A stretch of 64,000 nt of DNA, taken from an uncultured delta proteobacterium (GTDB lineage: Bacteria; Desulfobacterota; Binatia; UBA9968). A program made the position numbers and the translations under genes. The notes beneath the pieces are model-generated. The model did not search any database and was not told the DNA's origin. It saw only the letters and a program-made list of their open reading frames with translations. Positions 20,061-30,729 of the stretch are shown piece after piece. Positions within the stretch are counted from its first letter, which is position 1. Each line of letters opens with the position of its first letter. The stretch covers positions 1,024,001-1,088,000 of the forward strand of contig CAVSHR010000005.1 in the NCBI GenBank assembly GCA_963727625.1, in the 5' to 3' direction.

Positions 20061-20924
20061 ATGCCAGACATACCCCGCCTCAACGGCGTAATCAAAGCCC
20101 TGGAACAAGGGCAAACCGCTTTCGTCGCCTTCACTCCCGTGGATATCGAAAACGCCGTGGCGATGGCAAGCTCGAAGCTCGACGGAGTGGCGTTTGAAAT
20201 GGAGCATGCGCCGCTGGATTTTCCGGGATTGCGCCAGGCGCTGCAGTTTATGCTTGATCGCCGGCAAATCGTCGAGCGCGCTACCCTCGCGCCCGCGGTC
20301 ACGCCGATGGTTCGCATCCCGCCCAACGGCATTGAGATGAATAGTTGGATCGCCAAGCAGGTTCTCGATATCGGCGTGTTCGGAATTATATTTCCGCACG
20401 TCAGTTCAGTGGAAGAAGCCTGGAACGCCGTCGGGGCTTGCCGCTATCCGCGCCTATCGACCGCGCCGCTTTATAATCCGCCGGGCATCCGGGGCGACGC
20501 GCCCACGCGCGCGGCGCGCTATTGGGGACTGACGCAACAGGAATATTACAAACGCGCCGATGTTTGGCCCCTCGCCCCAAACGGAGAAGTTCTCGTCGTC
20601 ATCCAATGCGAGGAAACCCGCGCCATCGACAACCTGCCAAAGATTCTCAAAGAAGTTCCCGGCATCGGCGTGGTCTTGATCGGCGAAGGCGATTTGAGCC
20701 AGGAGCTCGGCCATCCGCGCGACTACGAACACCCGGTGGTCGCCAAAGAGATCGAGCGCATTCTCGCGATCTGCAAAGAGCACGACGTGCCCTGCGGCCA
20801 TCCTCATCCGGACGCCAAGAACATCGAACGCCTGGTCGCCGCCGGATATCGATTTCTAATGCCTTCCGCGCCCCGGTCCTTCGGGGTTTTGGATCAAGGT
20901 CGCAAGCTCGCCGGCAGGAATTAA
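20061..20924 (+). CDS. HpcH/HpaI aldolase family protein
   Basis: FEMEHAP, VRIP, KQVLDIG..GIIFP, IQCE, IGEGDLSQELG. Confidence 0.9.
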   Translation: MPDIPRLNGVIKALEQGQTAFVAFTPVDIENAVAMASSKLDGVAFEMEHAPLDFPGLRQALQFMLDRRQIVERATLAPAVTPMVRIPPNGIEMNSWIAKQVLDIGVFGIIFPHVSSVEEAWNAVGACRYPRLSTAPLYNPPGIRGDAPTRAARYWGLTQQEYYKRADVWPLAPNGEVLVVIQCEETRAIDNLPKILKEVPGIGVVLIGEGDLSQELGHPRDYEHPVVAKEIERILAICKEHDVPCGHPHPDAKNIERLVAAGYRFLMPSAPRSFGVLDQGRKLAGRN

Positions 20925-20949
20925 GATAAGGAGTAATCTAGCGCGCCCG

Positions 20950-22560
20950 ATGTCTAAGTTCACCGAATTCTGCGCCGGGTATTTCAATAAATATTTTGAG
21001 CTTCACCCAACGGACGCGATCTACTACGGCGTCGACGGCTTTGATCATTTGCTGAACGATTACTCGGACGCGACATTCCAGGCCGAAAAAGCGTTTGTCG
21101 AAGAATCGTTACACGCAGTCAAGCAAATTCCAACGGCCAATCTTAGCCAAGACGAGGCGATCGATTACACGCTGCTCGAGGGCAAGCTCGCAATCCAGAA
21201 TTACGAGCATGCCAAAGAAGACTACCGGCTCAAGTGGCCGGATACGTATTCGCCCATCGACGCAATTTATATTCTCACCGTCCGCGCCACGAACGACCTG
21301 CCCGGCAATCTTTTGAGCCGGCTCAATCGGACGCCAGCGTTCATTCGCCAAGGTATCGAAAATCTGAGCCGCAAAGATGCCAATCCACCGAGACTCTGGA
21401 CAGAAATCGCGATCGAAGGCGCCAAAGGCGCGGTTAGTTTTCTAGAGAGCCTGCCAAGCCATCCGAAAGTGCAGAGCGCGGCCATCGATCCGAACGCTCT
21501 GCAAACCGCGATCGACAAAGCGAAGAGCGCGATCGGTGACTTGGCCATGTTTCTCAAACGCCACTTGCTGCCGCGCAGCAACGGTGTTTACGCCGTCGGC
21601 TTGGAACACTACAATCTTCTGCTCAGGAAGAAACATTTTCTCGATCACGACGCCGACAGTCTGCTGACGTTGGGCGAAAATCTGTTTGCAAAAACCAAGC
21701 GAGAATTGACCGAGCTTACCAACGAGATGGCTCCCGGAAAAAGTATCGAAGCAGCGGCTCTGTCAATCCAGGCGAATCACCCCTCGGTTGGCGAAGTGCT
21801 CCCTGCCTACCAGAAGGCCATGGAATCCGCGCGCGAATTCGTCAGGGAGCGAAAGCTCGTATCGTTTCCGCCGAAAGAAGAGCTGCACGTGGTGCACACG
21901 CCGGAGTTCCGCCGCCATGAGATTCCGTTCGCCGCCTACCTGTCGCCTTCGCCGAAAGATCCCGATCAGGTCGGTTACTACTACGTCACGCCGGTCACCG
22001 ACGACGATCTCCTCCGCGAACATAACTGGGTGGGCTTGGAAAACACCTCGGTGCACGAGAGCTACCCCGGACACCATCTGCAATTCTCCGTCGCAAACTC
22101 GGTTCCGGCGGCGTCGACCTTGCCGCGGCTGATGAACGAATCGTCGGTTTTTTACGAGGGCTGGGCGCTCTACTGCGAGCAGCTCATGCAAGAGCAAGGA
22201 TTTCTGAAAAGCAAAGAGCACCGCTTCGTCATGCTCAAAGACCGGCTCTGGCGGGCGCTGCGAATCGTCATCGACGTCAAAACCCAGACGGGGCGTATGA
22301 CCTACGACGAGGCGGCGGATCTGATGGTGCGCGAACTCCACTTCCCGCGCGCCCAGGCCTGCGGCGACTTGAACTGGTACAGCCAGTCGCCTTCGGGACC
22401 GATGGGCTACGCGCTCGGCTGGTCGATCATCAACCGGCTGCGTGCCCAAGAGCAAAAACGGCTCGGCGGCAATTTCATCCTGCGCGAGTTTCACGACAAG
22501 CTCTTGAGCGCCGGCAGCATCTCCCTGCCGCTGGTCGAGAAAAGACATTTTCAGGCATGA
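20950..22560 (+). CDS. DUF885 family protein (Zn-metallopeptidase-like)
   Basis: VHESYPGHHLQ, FYEGWALYCE, LWRALRIVID, REFHDKLL. Confidence 0.9.
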   Translation: MSKFTEFCAGYFNKYFELHPTDAIYYGVDGFDHLLNDYSDATFQAEKAFVEESLHAVKQIPTANLSQDEAIDYTLLEGKLAIQNYEHAKEDYRLKWPDTYSPIDAIYILTVRATNDLPGNLLSRLNRTPAFIRQGIENLSRKDANPPRLWTEIAIEGAKGAVSFLESLPSHPKVQSAAIDPNALQTAIDKAKSAIGDLAMFLKRHLLPRSNGVYAVGLEHYNLLLRKKHFLDHDADSLLTLGENLFAKTKRELTELTNEMAPGKSIEAAALSIQANHPSVGEVLPAYQKAMESAREFVRERKLVSFPPKEELHVVHTPEFRRHEIPFAAYLSPSPKDPDQVGYYYVTPVTDDDLLREHNWVGLENTSVHESYPGHHLQFSVANSVPAASTLPRLMNESSVFYEGWALYCEQLMQEQGFLKSKEHRFVMLKDRLWRALRIVIDVKTQTGRMTYDEAADLMVRELHFPRAQACGDLNWYSQSPSGPMGYALGWSIINRLRAQEQKRLGGNFILREFHDKLLSAGSISLPLVEKRHFQA

Positions 22561-22640
22561 GGCGGAAGGCACGAATAAGACGGTAAAGCGCTAGGAATTT
22601 TTAACTCAAGCCTCACTCTTCTCGCCTCGTGCCTAAGCCG
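22560..22640. repeat. Inverted heptamer-repeat hairpin (AGGCACG/CGTGCCT)
   Basis: aggcggaaggcacga ... tctcgcctcgtgcctaagcc. Confidence 0.5.
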
Positions 22641-22663
22641 TCATTAAAGCCGTTCAAAACGTT

Positions 22664-23542
22664 ATGACGAGTAAAAGCAAACCATGCGGCCCGTTATTGG
22701 GCGCTCACATGTCCATCGCCGGCGGCGTCGGCAACGCCCTGCTGGCCGGCAAGAAGGTCGCTTGTGATGCGATTCAGATCTTCACCAAGTCATCGCGCCA
22801 GTGGGCGGCCAAACCGCTCGCCGGCGAAGAGATCGAGCAGTTTAAGATCAACCAAAAAGAAACCGGCATCACCACCGTCATCGCCCACGATTCCTATCTA
22901 CTGAATCTCGGCTCGCCCGATGCCGGCTTGAGGAAACGCTCGGTGGCGGCGTTTATCGACGAGCTTGAGCGCTGCGAAGTTTTGGGCGTGACGAACTTGA
23001 TCGCCCATCCCGGCTCACACGTCGGTGCCGGCGAGGTCGAAGGCATCAAGACGATCGCGAAGTCGCTGGACGAAGTCCACAAGGCGTGCGCCGGGTATCG
23101 CACGAAGGTGACGCTGGAAATAACCGCGGGACAAGGATCGAATCTCGGTTATCGTTTCGAGCAGATCGGCGCCATCATCGGCGCCGCCAAAGCAAGTGAC
23201 CGATTGCGGGTTTGCTTCGACACCGAGCATGCGTTTGCCGCGGGGTACGACATTCGAACCAAGGAAAGCTACGAGCGCACCTTCGCGGAATTCGACAAAG
23301 CGATCGGCATCAAACTGCTCGCCGCGTTTCACCTCAACGATTCAAAAAAAGAATTCCACTCCCGTGTCGACCGCCACGAGCATATCGGCAAGGGCTTCAT
23401 CGGCGTCGAAGCCTTTCGCTTGTTGATAACCGACAAGCGATTCTGGGGCCTGCCCATGTGCTTGGAGACACCGAAGGGCCCGGACTTAAAAGAAGACCAG
23501 GAGAACTTAGCACTGCTCCGCAGTCTCCTCGCTCAGCGCTGA
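22664..23542 (+). CDS. nfo: Endonuclease IV
   Basis: LGAHMSIAGG, HDSYLLNL, HPGS, LEITAGQG, CFDTEH, HLNDSK, DRHEHIG, LETP. Confidence 0.95.
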   Translation: MTSKSKPCGPLLGAHMSIAGGVGNALLAGKKVACDAIQIFTKSSRQWAAKPLAGEEIEQFKINQKETGITTVIAHDSYLLNLGSPDAGLRKRSVAAFIDELERCEVLGVTNLIAHPGSHVGAGEVEGIKTIAKSLDEVHKACAGYRTKVTLEITAGQGSNLGYRFEQIGAIIGAAKASDRLRVCFDTEHAFAAGYDIRTKESYERTFAEFDKAIGIKLLAAFHLNDSKKEFHSRVDRHEHIGKGFIGVEAFRLLITDKRFWGLPMCLETPKGPDLKEDQENLALLRSLLAQR

Positions 23543-23678
23543 ATTTCATTATTTTAACCCCTCGGCAATTCGACCAAATGGGCGAAACTTCGACGATCGC
23601 GGCGAGTTTTTTCTCGCCACCGGTGACCCGCTAAAGAAAAACACTTTTAAAAATCACCGGTTCCTTCGACCCCGCTGT

Positions 23679-23693
23679 TGGCATCACGATTGC
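23679..23693 (+). promoter_or_regulatory. sigma54 promoter
   Basis: TGGCATCACGATTGC upstream of 23738, next to a sigma54 activator gene. Confidence 0.8.
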
Positions 23694-23737
23694 GCTAGCA
23701 AAAAATCAAAGAGCAAAACAAAAAGGAGGAACAGGTT

Positions 23738-24145
23738 ATGAAAAAGCTCTTAAGCGCAGTCGCGGTAGCAGGCGGGTTGGCACTCCTGACCGGAGTGGCA
23801 GGGGCACAGTGGAGCGGCGGACCGGGCGGCGGCCATTTCGGCGGTTGGGGACCGGGGATGATGGGCGGCGGCGGTCGCGGCTGGATGGCCGGCGGCGCTC
23901 CTTGCGCGGGCTTCACGGGAGCCGCCGGCGAGATCAACGAGGCCAAAGCCAAGGAACTGGCCACGGCGTACGCCGGAGAATACCTGAAAGGATTCACCGT
24001 TGAGCGCGTGCTGCCGTTTACCGGCCGAGTGCACACGATGTACTCGGTGGAACTCAAGAACGAAGCCGGCGAAGTCCGAACCCTGCACGTGAACCCTTGG
24101 GGCAACGTCGTGCCCTTCGGCGGACCACGAGGCAGAGCGTCCTAG
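23738..24145 (+). CDS. Small exported Gly/Met-rich protein (ZraP/PepSY-like accessory protein)
   Basis: Signal peptide, GPGMMGGGG, C-terminal YSVEL...LHVNPWG; AGGAGG RBS. Confidence 0.8.
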   Translation: MKKLLSAVAVAGGLALLTGVAGAQWSGGPGGGHFGGWGPGMMGGGGRGWMAGGAPCAGFTGAAGEINEAKAKELATAYAGEYLKGFTVERVLPFTGRVHTMYSVELKNEAGEVRTLHVNPWGNVVPFGGPRGRAS

Positions 24146-24159
24146 CGCCAACGATGAAC

Positions 24160-24185
24160 GAAGGCCCCCTTTTGGGGGCCTTTCC
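24160..24185 (+). terminator. Hairpin, probable intrinsic terminator
   Basis: aaggcccc-cttttg-ggggcctt followed by a short T run. Confidence 0.55.
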
Positions 24186-24349
24186 TCTGAGGCGAGTTGC
24201 CAAGTGCTACCTATCTGAAGCGTTACCCGGAGCTTGGCTCCTCACCTCCCCCGGCTCTAGGCCAGGTGATCGAGACCCTTTGCAGGTCCTGCGGTCGACC
24301 AGTGAATACTTTGTTTACGGCCGGGCGCTGATTATAATGAGCGGCGACG

Positions 24350-26089
24350 ATGGGACCAAGTATATTACCGCGCCACTTTATTCTCTCCGTTGTTCTGCTT
24401 CTCGCGTTAGTTTCGGTTTATATTTTTTTTGAGGCGCGGCGTTCCCAGGACGAGTTGCTGCGCCAGACCGAAGCCAAGGGATTCGCACTGGCCGACGCCA
24501 TGGAAGCTAACATCCGCGACTCGGTGGTGGCGAATTCTTTGCTGGAAGAACTGATCAGCCAACGGCTTCTCGACAACGCGCGCCTGATCGACGAGCTGCT
24601 GCAATTTCCGCGGACCGACGAGAAAATGCTCCAGCAGATTGCCGCCGCTAATCGGCTTAGTAAAATCGAGCTGCTTGATCTCAAGGGGCGGCCCTTGGAC
24701 ACCTTGCCCGCGCCCAACCGCGGGCCCATGCAAGCGATGATGGGCCGGATGCGGGCGCTTCCTTCGGAAGATTCGCGCCAACAGCACAGGGCGATGATGA
24801 CTTTCATGTGGGGCCGGCGCTGGCGACTGCCGCAGGAGCAAACCCCGACGCCGCCCAAAATCACCGAAAAAAAATTTTGGGAGGGCAGTCTGTTCGGTGT
24901 CGCCATCGACGCCCGCAGTTTTCCCGGCATTATCGCCATCCACGCCAACGCCGATTACATCGTTAATTTTCGCAAGCAGATCGACGTTCAAAAACAAGTT
25001 GAAGAGCTCGGCCGGCAATCTGACATCGAGCATGTCGCCTTTGTCGACAACGATTTCAAAGTGCTGGCCCACACGAACTCGAAGCTCATTAATCAACGCC
25101 ACGACGACCCGCTGCTACTCGAGATGAAAACACACCGAGGACTCGGCCGTGGAATCATCGAGCAACCTGATGGCAGCCGACACTTTGACGTCGTCAAACC
25201 CGTAAGCATCAACGGCACTCCGCTGGGATTTCTCGAAATCGGCCTTTCATTGGAGCCCATGGAGGCGGCTTGGCGGCGCAGCCTGCGATCGATGGCCGTC
25301 TTTGGCCTCGGCATCCTCGCCGTGGGCATCCTGGGCATGGGCGCCATTTTCTATAATCAGCGGGGCCACCTGCAAAAAGTCCGCTCGCTCGAGGAGGAAA
25401 TCAACCGCAAAGAGCGGCTCTCTGAGCTCGGCAACATGGCGGCCACTGTGGCCCATGAAATTCGCAATCCGCTCAATTCCGTGTCCATAGGCCTGCAACG
25501 GCTCAAGGCGGAGTTTACGCCGACCGGAGACGCCGAGGAGTATGCGCATTTTTTGAATCTGATGCAGGACGAAGTGCGCCGGCTCAATACCATCGTCGAG
25601 CAATTTCTCTCTCTGGCCCGGCCGTTGACTTTGAACTACGAAGAGATCGTGGTCGACGAATTTCTTTGCGAGATCACGGCGCTGTTGGCCGGAGAAGCCA
25701 AGGCATCGAACGTCGATATCGAGCTGAAAGTGGCGCCGGACCTGCCGCCGTTCCGGGCGGACCGAAATTATCTCAAACAACTCTTGCTGAATCTCATTTT
25801 AAATGGCGTGCAAGCCACGCCGGGGGGCGGCAAGCTGTCGGTTGAAGCCGTCGTAGAGCAAGAATCTCTGCGGCTGAACCTCATCGATCGTGGCGTTGGC
25901 ATCGAGCCCGACAACTTGACCAAGATTTTCCAGCCCTACTTCACCACCAAAGCCAACGGTTCTGGGTTGGGGCTGGCCATCGCCCGTCGAATCGTCGAGG
26001 CCCATGGTGGTAAGATCTCCGTGGAGAGCCGGCCGGGACAGGGCTCCTGTTTTCGGGTGTCGCTGCCGATCGCCGGTGTTAAAACTTAA
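24350..26089 (+). CDS. Sensor histidine kinase (ZraS/AtoS-like)
   Basis: Two TM helices, AHEIRNPL, QLLLNLILN, DRGVG, GSGLGL. Confidence 0.93.
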   Translation: MGPSILPRHFILSVVLLLALVSVYIFFEARRSQDELLRQTEAKGFALADAMEANIRDSVVANSLLEELISQRLLDNARLIDELLQFPRTDEKMLQQIAAANRLSKIELLDLKGRPLDTLPAPNRGPMQAMMGRMRALPSEDSRQQHRAMMTFMWGRRWRLPQEQTPTPPKITEKKFWEGSLFGVAIDARSFPGIIAIHANADYIVNFRKQIDVQKQVEELGRQSDIEHVAFVDNDFKVLAHTNSKLINQRHDDPLLLEMKTHRGLGRGIIEQPDGSRHFDVVKPVSINGTPLGFLEIGLSLEPMEAAWRRSLRSMAVFGLGILAVGILGMGAIFYNQRGHLQKVRSLEEEINRKERLSELGNMAATVAHEIRNPLNSVSIGLQRLKAEFTPTGDAEEYAHFLNLMQDEVRRLNTIVEQFLSLARPLTLNYEEIVVDEFLCEITALLAGEAKASNVDIELKVAPDLPPFRADRNYLKQLLLNLILNGVQATPGGGKLSVEAVVEQESLRLNLIDRGVGIEPDNLTKIFQPYFTTKANGSGLGLAIARRIVEAHGGKISVESRPGQGSCFRVSLPIAGVKT

Positions 26090-27478
26090 ATGAGCGATTC
26101 CATCCGCATCCTGGTGGTCGATGACGAAGCGGGCCAGCGCGAGCTGGTCACCGGCTACCTCAAGAAACAGGGTTTCGAAGTGTTTGCCGCCGCCGGCGGC
26201 GAGCCGGCGCTGGAGCTGTTTCGGCAGGCGCCGATGGAGCTGATTCTGACCGACCAGCGTATGCCCGGTCTCTCCGGCCTCGAGCTGCTCAAGGCTGCCC
26301 GAGCGATCAATCCGGAAACTCAGGTGATCGTCATGACCGCCTACGGCAACGTTGAGACGGCCGTCGAGGCGATGAAGGCCGGCGCCGCCGATTATTTAAC
26401 CAAGCCGCTCCATCTCGAAGAGTTGCGACAAAAAATCGAGCGCATCGTCGAACAACACCGGCTTTATGCCGAAAATCGCGCCCTGCGCGAGGAATTGAAA
26501 TCACGCCATCGCATCGAAGGCATCATCGGCGACAGCGGCCAGATGCTGGAGGTCATTTCCCTGGTCCAGCGAGTCGCGGCAAGCGAAGCAACGGTCTTGA
26601 TCCGCGGCGAAAGCGGTACGGGGAAGGAGCTCATCGCGAAAGCGATCCATTACGCCAGCCCGCGCGCGGAAAGGCCGCTGGTGCGCGTCAACTGCGCCGC
26701 GCTGCCCGAGAATTTGTTGGAGTCGGAACTCTTTGGTCACGAGAAAGGCTCTTTTACCGGCGCCATCGCCAACCGCAAAGGGCGGTTTGAGCTGGCCAAC
26801 ATGGGCACGTTGTTTCTCGACGAGATCGGCGATCTGCCGCTCCATTTACAAGCCAAACTCCTTCGCGTCCTGCAGGAGCGGGAGTTCGAACGGGTCGGCT
26901 CCAGTCAACCGATCAAGGTCAACGTCAGAATCCTCTCGGCGACCCACCGCGATCTGGAATCTTTGATGCCAGCGGGACAGTTTCGCGAAGACCTGTATTA
27001 CCGCCTCAATGTCGTGACGATCCTGGTACCGCCGCTGCGCGAGCGCCGCCAGGATCTGCCGGCTCTCATGGATCATTTTCTGAAACTCTTTTCCGCCAAA
27101 AACGGCAAGGCGCTTCGCGGCTTCAGCCGCGAAGCGCGTGATGCATTGCTGCGTTACGACTACCCGGGCAACGTGCGTGAGCTGGAAAATCTGATTGAGC
27201 GCGCGGTGGTTCTCTGCCGCGGCGATGTGATCGGCCGCGGCGATCTGCCACTGACGCTCGAAGAGCCGGAAGCGCCCAACGAGCCGCAAGCCCAGCTCAC
27301 CGCGGCGGTGGAAGGAATGGAACGGCGGATGATCAAAAATGCGCTGGCGAGCGCCGGCGGCGTGCAAACCCGCGCCGCCGACCTGCTCGGCATCACCGAG
27401 CGCGCTTTACGTTACAAACTCAAAAAATACGGGCTGCAAGGCGAGGATGTCGATTTCTCTAGCCCGTCGGAACCGTGA
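26090..27478 (+). CDS. sigma54-dependent response regulator (NtrC/ZraR family)
   Basis: REC domain, [35 protein letters not shown], Fis HTH. Confidence 0.95.
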   Translation: MSDSIRILVVDDEAGQRELVTGYLKKQGFEVFAAAGGEPALELFRQAPMELILTDQRMPGLSGLELLKAARAINPETQVIVMTAYGNVETAVEAMKAGAADYLTKPLHLEELRQKIERIVEQHRLYAENRALREELKSRHRIEGIIGDSGQMLEVISLVQRVAASEATVLIRGESGTGKELIAKAIHYASPRAERPLVRVNCAALPENLLESELFGHEKGSFTGAIANRKGRFELANMGTLFLDEIGDLPLHLQAKLLRVLQEREFERVGSSQPIKVNVRILSATHRDLESLMPAGQFREDLYYRLNVVTILVPPLRERRQDLPALMDHFLKLFSAKNGKALRGFSREARDALLRYDYPGNVRELENLIERAVVLCRGDVIGRGDLPLTLEEPEAPNEPQAQLTAAVEGMERRMIKNALASAGGVQTRAADLLGITERALRYKLKKYGLQGEDVDFSSPSEP

Positions 27479-28190
27479 TGCCCGGAAAGAAATGCTGGAC
27501 GACCAGTCCGATTAGATAACCCAAACCGGCGGCGCTGACCGCGATCAGAAAAAATTTGAAGCCGGATCGCAGGAGCGACTGTCCGGCGAGATAACCCTTG
27601 AAGGCGCCGACGCCGAAGAGCGTCAGGCCGCCGAGCAAAGTCGAAAGATAAAACGCTGGCACGCCGGCTAAAAACAGGTACGGCACAATCGGCACGACGG
27701 CGCCGACAATGAAGGAAAGCCCCATGACCAATGCGGCTTGCATCGGCTGATTGATTTCCGCGCTGCCCAGACCGAAGACTTTTTCTTGAAACGTCCGCAT
27801 GAAGACGCTGCGCTCTTGGATCAGAACTTTGACCATCCGGTAGCTTTGTTCCTTGCCCAATCCTTCGTCGCCCAGCGCTCTGAGCAATCCTTCCGCAGCA
27901 AGGTAGGGCTCGCTTTCGGCGAGCTTTTCCGCATCGGTTATTTCTTTGTCAAAAATATCCCTCTGCGCCACCGACGACAGATAGGATCCCGCCGCCATGG
28001 AGATCGCTCCGGAAAACATCGCCGTGAACCCGGTGATGATCACCACGAGGCTGTTTTCGGTCGCGCCCTGCACTCCCGCGAGCAAACCGACTGTGCTGAT
28101 TAACCCGTCTTGGATGCCGAAAACGAATTCGCGAATACGCGATCGGCTCTCGATGATTTGTTTTTTCTGCTGGATTTCGTCGAGGGACAT
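27459..28190 (-). CDS. VIT1/CCC1 transporter family protein
   Basis: VFGIQDGL, SGAISMAAGSYLS, P..AALVMGLSF. Confidence 0.92.
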   Translation of the reverse strand: MSLDEIQQKKQIIESRSRIREFVFGIQDGLISTVGLLAGVQGATENSLVVIITGFTAMFSGAISMAAGSYLSSVAQRDIFDKEITDAEKLAESEPYLAAEGLLRALGDEGLGKEQSYRMVKVLIQERSVFMRTFQEKVFGLGSAEINQPMQAALVMGLSFIVGAVVPIVPYLFLAGVPAFYLSTLLGGLTLFGVGAFKGYLAGQSLLRSGFKFFLIAVSAAGLGYLIGLVVQHFFPGITVPTG

Positions 28191-28199
28191 CCGATTTGT

Positions 28200-28291
28200 T
28201 AATGGATCATGGATCATGGAGAATGGACAATTGAAGACCGGCTCGGGATTTCCCGATTTCCAAAATTCTCCACTATCCATTATTCATTTTG
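28200..28291. repeat. Inverted heptamer-repeat element (AATGGAT/ATCCATT)
   Basis: aatggatcatggatcatggagaatggacaattg ... aattctccactatccattattcattttg. Confidence 0.7.
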
Positions 28292-28294
28292 ACT

Positions 28295-28828
28295 TTAGTA
28301 TTTGAGTCCCAAATCTCCGGTCGGCTGACCGGGCTGCCAATCGGACGGGCAGAGACGCTCGGTGCGCAGCGCCTTGACGACGCGCAAGGTTTCTTCGACG
28401 CTGCGCCCCACGTTGACGTGGCTCACGACCTGATAACAAATTACGCCGCCGGGGTTGATGATGGAGGTCGCGCGCAAGGCGACCTGTTCTTTCTGATCCA
28501 GCACAGCGTAGGCCCGGCTGATTTTCTTGTCGACGTCGCTCAGCAGAGGATATTCCAAACCGCCCAATTCCTCGGCCCAGGCGCGATGGCTGTCGATGGA
28601 GTCGACGCTAACGCCGAGAATCGAACTATTCTCGGCGCCGAACGCTTGCGCCATCTTGCTGAAACCGACCACCTCGGTGGGACAGATAAAGGTAAAATCT
28701 CCCGGGTAGAAAAACAGCACCAGCCATTTCCCCCGGTAAGCCGATAACGAGTAATCGGCGACGCGGTCGCGGAAGATCCCCTTGGCGGTAAAATCCGGCG
28801 CTTGATCGCCAATTTGCAGCGGGTTCAT
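28295..28828 (-). CDS. ahpC: 2-Cys peroxiredoxin (AhpC family)
   Basis: FFYPGDFTFICPTE, GRSVEE, LCPSDW. Confidence 0.9.
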   Translation of the reverse strand: MNPLQIGDQAPDFTAKGIFRDRVADYSLSAYRGKWLVLFFYPGDFTFICPTEVVGFSKMAQAFGAENSSILGVSVDSIDSHRAWAEELGGLEYPLLSDVDKKISRAYAVLDQKEQVALRATSIINPGGVICYQVVSHVNVGRSVEETLRVVKALRTERLCPSDWQPGQPTGDLGLKY

Positions 28829-28842
28829 CGTCACTTCAACCA

Positions 28843-29526
28843 TCACGGAAGATTTTGCCAAAGCGAAAAGGCCTCTTTCCGGTTCGGCGCAGCGGCCGCG
28901 GTAAACCAACCCTCTTCGATCGTGCCGGACTTGAGCAAGCCGAAAAAGTAGATTCGCAACATCTGTTCGATCAAACGCGGATACGGCAGATCCCGTTTCG
29001 GCTGATACCAGGTGTAAATCCAGTTCATCATGCCGAACAGAGTAAAAGTCGCCACCCGCAGGTCGAGAACCTTGCCGCCTTCCTGTTCTTGCAGCTCGCC
29101 GATCAAATCCATGATGACTTTGACATAGCGCCGTTTCAGCACGAGGATTTTGTCTTGGAAATCACCGGTGAGTGATTCATCCTCATGGGCCATCACCTTC
29201 ATTTCCGGCATGTTGTGCAAGAAGAAACTGAGATGATTCTCGGCGAAGGCGCGGATGCGCGCGCGTACGTCCAGCCCAGCGTCGGCGGCCTGCTCCCAGC
29301 GTTGCAACAGGGTCACGAAGCAGCGCTCTTGAATCAAATAAAGCAACTCTTCTTTAGTGGAAAAGTAATAATACAGCCCGGACAGGCTCATCTTGGTGGC
29401 GCGCGAAATGTCGCGCACCGAAGTGTGATGAAAGCCTTTTTCCGCGAAGATCTTGGCTGATGTCTTGAGAATCAGCTGAAGCTTTTCGTCGTAGTGCCGT
29501 GTTGCGGGCTCAATGCGGTTGGACAT
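28843..29526 (-). CDS. TetR/AcrR-family regulator (KstR2-like)
   Basis: FAEKGFHHTSVRDI...LYYYFSTKEELL, GMMNWIYTWY. Confidence 0.92.
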   Translation of the reverse strand: MSNRIEPATRHYDEKLQLILKTSAKIFAEKGFHHTSVRDISRATKMSLSGLYYYFSTKEELLYLIQERCFVTLLQRWEQAADAGLDVRARIRAFAENHLSFFLHNMPEMKVMAHEDESLTGDFQDKILVLKRRYVKVIMDLIGELQEQEGGKVLDLRVATFTLFGMMNWIYTWYQPKRDLPYPRLIEQMLRIYFFGLLKSGTIEEGWFTAAAAPNRKEAFSLWQNLP

Positions 29527-29640
29527 GGATAGACGGAATAGTTGCAAATCGGTCTTGGGCTGTCAACTTAGGTTCCTGCGTCGATAGGGCGTCCGCATCT
29601 GACTAGCCCGATCTTGAGCGCTTTGCATTTTCCGGTTTTA

Positions 29641-30729
29641 TCACTTCCCAACTTCGAGCTCGCTCCCGCGAGCGGCGAAAAGCATCGCCTTCTCGATGGC
29701 GAATCCGAGCTCTTGGCCGTCTTTAAAGACCACCGTCTTGGGGGTCTGAACGCGAAGGACAACACCATCCGCCCTAACCTTATAATCAATCAGATGCCCC
29801 GAATAATTACTTAACTCGACTCGACAGAGGATCGGACCCGCCTGGCTCAAAGAGATGTCCTCGGGACGCACCGCAACGACGCACTCGCCCGTAAGACCGC
29901 TTCGGTCAATGACGTTAAGGCGATGGTATCCGAGTAATTCGACCGTGGCTTGTTCTCCGCTCCGGCTGACGACGCGGCCGGGAACGAAGTTCATGAGGCC
30001 GATGAAGTCGGCGACGAAGCGGTCCGCGGGTTGTGCATAAATCTCCGCCGGGACGCCAACCTGGACGATGCGGCCTGCATTCATGACGGCCAGTCGGTCC
30101 GACATCGCCAGCGCTTCGCTCTGATCGTGGGTGACGTAAAGAATCGGAATGCCGGTTCGGCGCTGCAAGTCCTTCAGCTCGAAGCGCATCTGCTCGCGCA
30201 ATTTTGCATCGAGATTGCTCAGCGGCTCGTCGAGCAGGAGTATTTCGGGCTCCTTGATCAAGGCCCGAGCCAAAGCAACCCGCTGTTGTTCTCCGCCGGA
30301 GAGCTGGCTCGGATAGCGATCTGCCAAGAGATCGAGACCGACGGAATGCAAAGCCCCTTCAAGCTTCGTTTTGATGACTTCTTTTGGCAGCTTCTTGAGC
30401 TTCAACGGATAAGCGACATTGTCATGAACCGTCATGTGGGGCCAAACGGCGTAATTCTGAAAAACCATACCGATCGGCCGGAATTCCGTGGGTACGTTGA
30501 CTCCGTCAGCCGTCGAATTCACGCGCGTTTCGCCGATGTAGATGGTCCCTTCGCTGGGTTCCTCAAGCCCGGCGACACAGCGCAGCACGGTGCTCTTACC
30601 GCAACCGCTCGGCCCGAGCAAAGAGAAAAACTCCTTGTCGCCGACGGAAAAAGTTACGTCGTTGGCAGCGACGACTTTGCCGTACCGCTTGGATAAACCG
30701 ATAATCCTGATCTTTTCCATGCTGCTCAA
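29641..30729 (-). CDS. ABC transporter ATP-binding protein (FbpC/PotA type)
   Basis: [27 protein letters not shown]-terminus. Confidence 0.95.
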   Translation of the reverse strand: MSSMEKIRIIGLSKRYGKVVAANDVTFSVGDKEFFSLLGPSGCGKSTVLRCVAGLEEPSEGTIYIGETRVNSTADGVNVPTEFRPIGMVFQNYAVWPHMTVHDNVAYPLKLKKLPKEVIKTKLEGALHSVGLDLLADRYPSQLSGGEQQRVALARALIKEPEILLLDEPLSNLDAKLREQMRFELKDLQRRTGIPILYVTHDQSEALAMSDRLAVMNAGRIVQVGVPAEIYAQPADRFVADFIGLMNFVPGRVVSRSGEQATVELLGYHRLNVIDRSGLTGECVVAVRPEDISLSQAGPILCRVELSNYSGHLIDYKVRADGVVLRVQTPKTVVFKDGQELGFAIEKAMLFAARGSELEVGK

